A stretch of DNA of 64,000 nucleotides from Phoronis australis. Lineage: Eukaryota > Animalia > Phoronida. The notes under the pieces are model-generated. The model was not told where the DNA came from, searched no databases, and saw only the letters and a program-made list of their open reading frames with translations. Below, one piece after another: positions 60,801-64,000 of the stretch; within the stretch, counting starts at the first letter, position 1; each line of letters opens with the position of its first letter. The stretch is from assembly GCA_002633005.1 (NCBI GenBank), contig NMRA01000548.1, positions 172,005 through 236,004 of the forward strand. The letters are read 5' to 3'. A program made the translations under genes and the position numbers.

Positions 60801-63437
60801 TGCCTACATACCAAATTTCATGAAAATCCGTTCAGGGCTTTTGAAGATACAAAGGTAAGCGCAAAAAACTAAAATTGCCACTAGGGGGAACACCGGTAGT
60901 TGGATCCGTCCGAAAGTTCGCACATGCCGTCCAATTCATGAATGGAACATATGTGCCAAATTTCATGAACGTATGTCAAAGGGTTTTGGAGATAGAGCAG
61001 CGGACGCCGGACGGACACCGCCCGGACGGACAGAGATGACGACATAATGCGTCCACATATAAATATGTGGGCGCATAAAAATGAACAAAATAAAACTTTC
61101 AGTCCATTATTTGTTTGCTTTGTACTGTATATGTGTCATAAAAGATCATTTGGTAAAGATTACATTATCTGCAACGAACTAATCTTGCCATGAAAATAGA
61201 AAAATTTGGCAATTCCTTTGCGCGGAATAAGTGAAAAAAATATGCTGTTCTGTTGAAGGTAATAACACAACTGCAAAGGGCACAAAACATATTTTTGTCA
61301 CGATTTCAAGAATTAATAAGAGCATCAACACTTCTCACATAATCTACTCACCCGCCACTCTCTGCTGGCACTGCTATGAAAGTTCGACTGAAGTGGCGAT
61401 GAACACAGTCAGGTCCACGCTGGTTGTTGGGCTCCTTGAAAATACCACTAACAGTGAACGACAGGAGCGTAGGCTGGAATGAAGAGACAAGGTGCTTTGT
61501 CTGTGAAATGTTCGCCATAAATACACGTACAGGCATCACATGCACAGGCACGCATGCCCGTACGCACATGGATACATACAGGCCACAGAGTTCCTATCCT
61601 CACAACAGACTGAAATTTAAAGCTACAGATACCGATATTCTGTAAAAGAAACAAACTCCATAATCAGATTTAATTCTATTTACGACAGTTAGAAAACTGG
61701 CCATCAGTTGCTGCTTACTCAAATGAGAAGTGATTACTGGGATTGAAAACAACAGACAGTTGGTTATTGCGTGAGACCATCCTCGGCGCATAACATGTCC
61801 TGCTGCAACAAGCCAACTCAAATAGCCCGGATGTATGCAATAACGAACTGATCGCTTTTTCCAAGCCCCGAAATAACCAATACAGAACAAATAGAGACTC
61901 AATTTTATAACTGCAAATGGCAGTTTAAAAGATAAATTTGCACCCTTCTAACTAATATGCTAATGTACAGCAGGAACTTAATGGCAATGGCCCTTTAACA
62001 TCGTCTACGCTAAACAAAATGCAGTTGTATTCATTGGCAACTGGCAAATGTGACATGGTTCAGTGATTTGTGCTGGATGATTTTTGCCACAAAACTCGTT
62101 CTTAAAAACATTTGGCAGTTTTCAACCTGCCTCATATTTACATTGTTGCTACATGTTGTACTTCCAACTAATTTGACCAAGCAATCACAGAGATAAGGAA
62201 TTATCCAGCCAGTTCCAATTTAAAGCCAGTAAATACATTGCGACTTAAATCACGATATTTTCATCTTACAGTTCCTGCAGACAGAAAACAAACATTAAGG
62301 TGAGATGTGAAATCCACAGCTTCAGCAACGAGCGACACCAGTTCTAAACAAGCTACGGCCAGTAGAAAGTCTGCAGACAGTTATTACAGCATGGCATTCT
62401 TACTACCAAGTCATGAGCACTTCCATCACGCTGAGACGGACAATCTTCCTTACTTACCAACGAGCATGTGACATCCAGTTTGAAGGAATTCAAGTCATGA
62501 ACCGTCTTTGGGAGGAGGGACAGTTGGGAAACCACATTCACCTTGCCCGACTTAAGAACTTTGAAACGTTTCTCTGCAAACGGATGGTGTTGAAATTGAC
62601 ATTCAATCGTAGAATCTCAACACAAACAGTGCTGTATTCAGACGTACGTAATTCAAGGGCCCGTTCCACGACACTGATTCAAGTTCATCTTTGACTCAAC
62701 TTTCAAACATCCAGTAAGATAGTCAAAATTAAGACAAAATGTAAGTCAAAAACGTTAAAGTCAAACTTAAGATCTCTTTCTTTAAATGGTCTTGAGACAA
62801 ATTTAAGTTTTATCTTAAAATTGACTGAAACTTGAAATTTATCACTCAGTTTTCTTGGAAGAAGCTCCAGGATATCCCACTCTTGTTTCCAAGTCATCTG
62901 AGTAGATATAGACATCAAAAATCCCATAACAGCATTTCTCAATACAAAAACTGTGAGTCACCATTGCAGGGTGACCAACATTATTAAGTAAACAGCAACT
63001 CACGGGGGCGGGAAAGACCAACGACTTAAGAGGAAAATTTTCCAGGTGAGGAAACATTCCGTAAAAAGATTAGGTTTTTTGCATTACTAAAGTCAAAATA
63101 AAAAAGAGATGAAAAAAGAGGAAACTGGACATCAAATAAGAAGAAATCTAAACCAAAAAAGAGGAAATCATCTTAAAAGAGGAATTGGAATTCCAAGCTC
63201 TGGACTGAAGTGTGACGCAATGAATGACTTCTGGTCAAAGCTTCATTATTCAATGTTAACTTCATTGACATACCTCCGTGGAGTCTCTGCAAGTTGCGAC
63301 TATCAGGGAGATACTCGGCAAAGTTGGCCTGCTTGTTGACGTTCTTAGCAAAGTAAATGGCTAGTGAGAATACAGCATCATTGTGGTACGCAGCCAACAG
63401 GCTTTGTCGGTCATCGGAGTCGTACATCTTGAAGAAC
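57828..63437 (-). CDS. NXF1: Nuclear RNA export factor 1 (NXF1/TAP), 3' part (NTF2-like and UBA/TAP-C domains); exons 63437-63274, 62573-62458, 61473-61352, 59992-59935, 59420-59257, 57924-57828
   Basis: FFKMYDSDDRQSLLAAYH..DSRNL..LPKTVHDLNSFKLDV..LLSFTVSGIFKE..RHFSRTFIAVP..ILISNDQL..PAPTPSTSPV..KQEMIRQFAQQSGMN..SEQCLKQNEWSYENAAKAYFDLKSKGKIPEEAFV*. The gene continues beyond the window end. Confidence 0.95.
57917..58008. repeat. 22-bp tandem repeat x4 spanning the last NXF1 3' splice site
   Basis: tcaagcacctgtcaa(c/t)..aaca units start at 57917, 57939, 57961 and 57983. Confidence 0.9.
60243..61081 (-). mobile_element. Non-autonomous Helentron (HINE/DINE-1/Pearl-like) in an NXF1 intron
   Basis: Terminal aacaagag; subTIR atgcgcccaca (60268-60278) inverted at 61066-61076; hairpin partner at 61047-61060; (ggac)n microsatellite; ~4 diverged ~150-bp core repeats (ccaaatttcatgaa...ttttg.agata); A-run terminus. 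Confidence 0.8.
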
Positions 63438-64000
63438 CTGTAGATGAAATGTCAATGAAGTCATCACCAACTCCCATTCAAATATAGTACTTCCATGACC
63501 TTTACTAAACAAATCAAAAACACATCTTTAACTGCATTTGTATAAATGTATCGCTACAAAGTATATCATGACTGAGCAGGGCAGCAGCTCGGAATCCCTA
63601 TATAAAGGAATGTGCAAAACATAAGCAAGTCACAAGGAAAGGCCCACACATTGTATTTACCAAACATTCAGACGTCCTAAATAGTAGTCACTAAACTGGG
63701 GGGGGGGATTTCATCTACGGCGCAGCTGACACTATCCAAATGCATTGTGGGATGGTTGTCATCTCGTAAATATCTACCGACATCACACATAACTTGGTGA
63801 TGTCTAACACTATTCACAATTTGCATTTTAGGCGGTTAAATTTGACTTCAATGTGATAGGATGGTGTGTGCTTCACGAATCTTTTGCACAAAAGACTAGC
63901 TATTTGATGCGTTTTGAGACTCGTTTTAAATCTCATACATTTCTATGGTGGTTGCTTTGTCGTACTCTCACCAAAAAGCATGTTGCAGCAGACTGGTGCA

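Noticed and set aside
63438-64000. The conserved retained, CTE-containing NXF1 intron
   Set aside because: In other animals it lies further 5', before the NTF2-like domain exons, so it should be outside this window. No CTE-like structure was recognised here.

Overview
Intron-rich, AT-rich animal genomic DNA, probably a marine invertebrate (lophotrochozoan-like; species not determinable), from a draft assembly with a ~1 kb N gap and three apparently uncollapsed haplotype overlaps at single-n joins. Genes were reconstructed by hand from splice sites and reading-frame phase. They are: a 4-exon small secreted cysteine-rich protein (+), a 499-aa single-exon orphan ORF (+), EIF1AD (+), a C20orf85/CIMIP1-like ciliary protein (-), BRMS1/BRMS1L (+, 5' end missing, with a U12-type AT-AC intron), a CYP2-clan cytochrome P450 (-) and the 3' half of NXF1 (-). 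Between them lie decayed mobile elements: L1/Tx1, an RNase H LINE, Penelope, a THAP transposon relic, a Helentron-type HINE, tRNA-derived SINEs and several MITEs. I found no large undescribed multi-gene system. The best leads are the two-domain 'NYCGGC' secreted peptide with an apparent second signal peptide hidden in the end of intron 1, a 4x tandem array of splice acceptors at the last NXF1 exon, a shared hairpin MITE in two 3' regions, a hairpin-loop inversion between duplicated copies, and a P-element-like minimal footprint.
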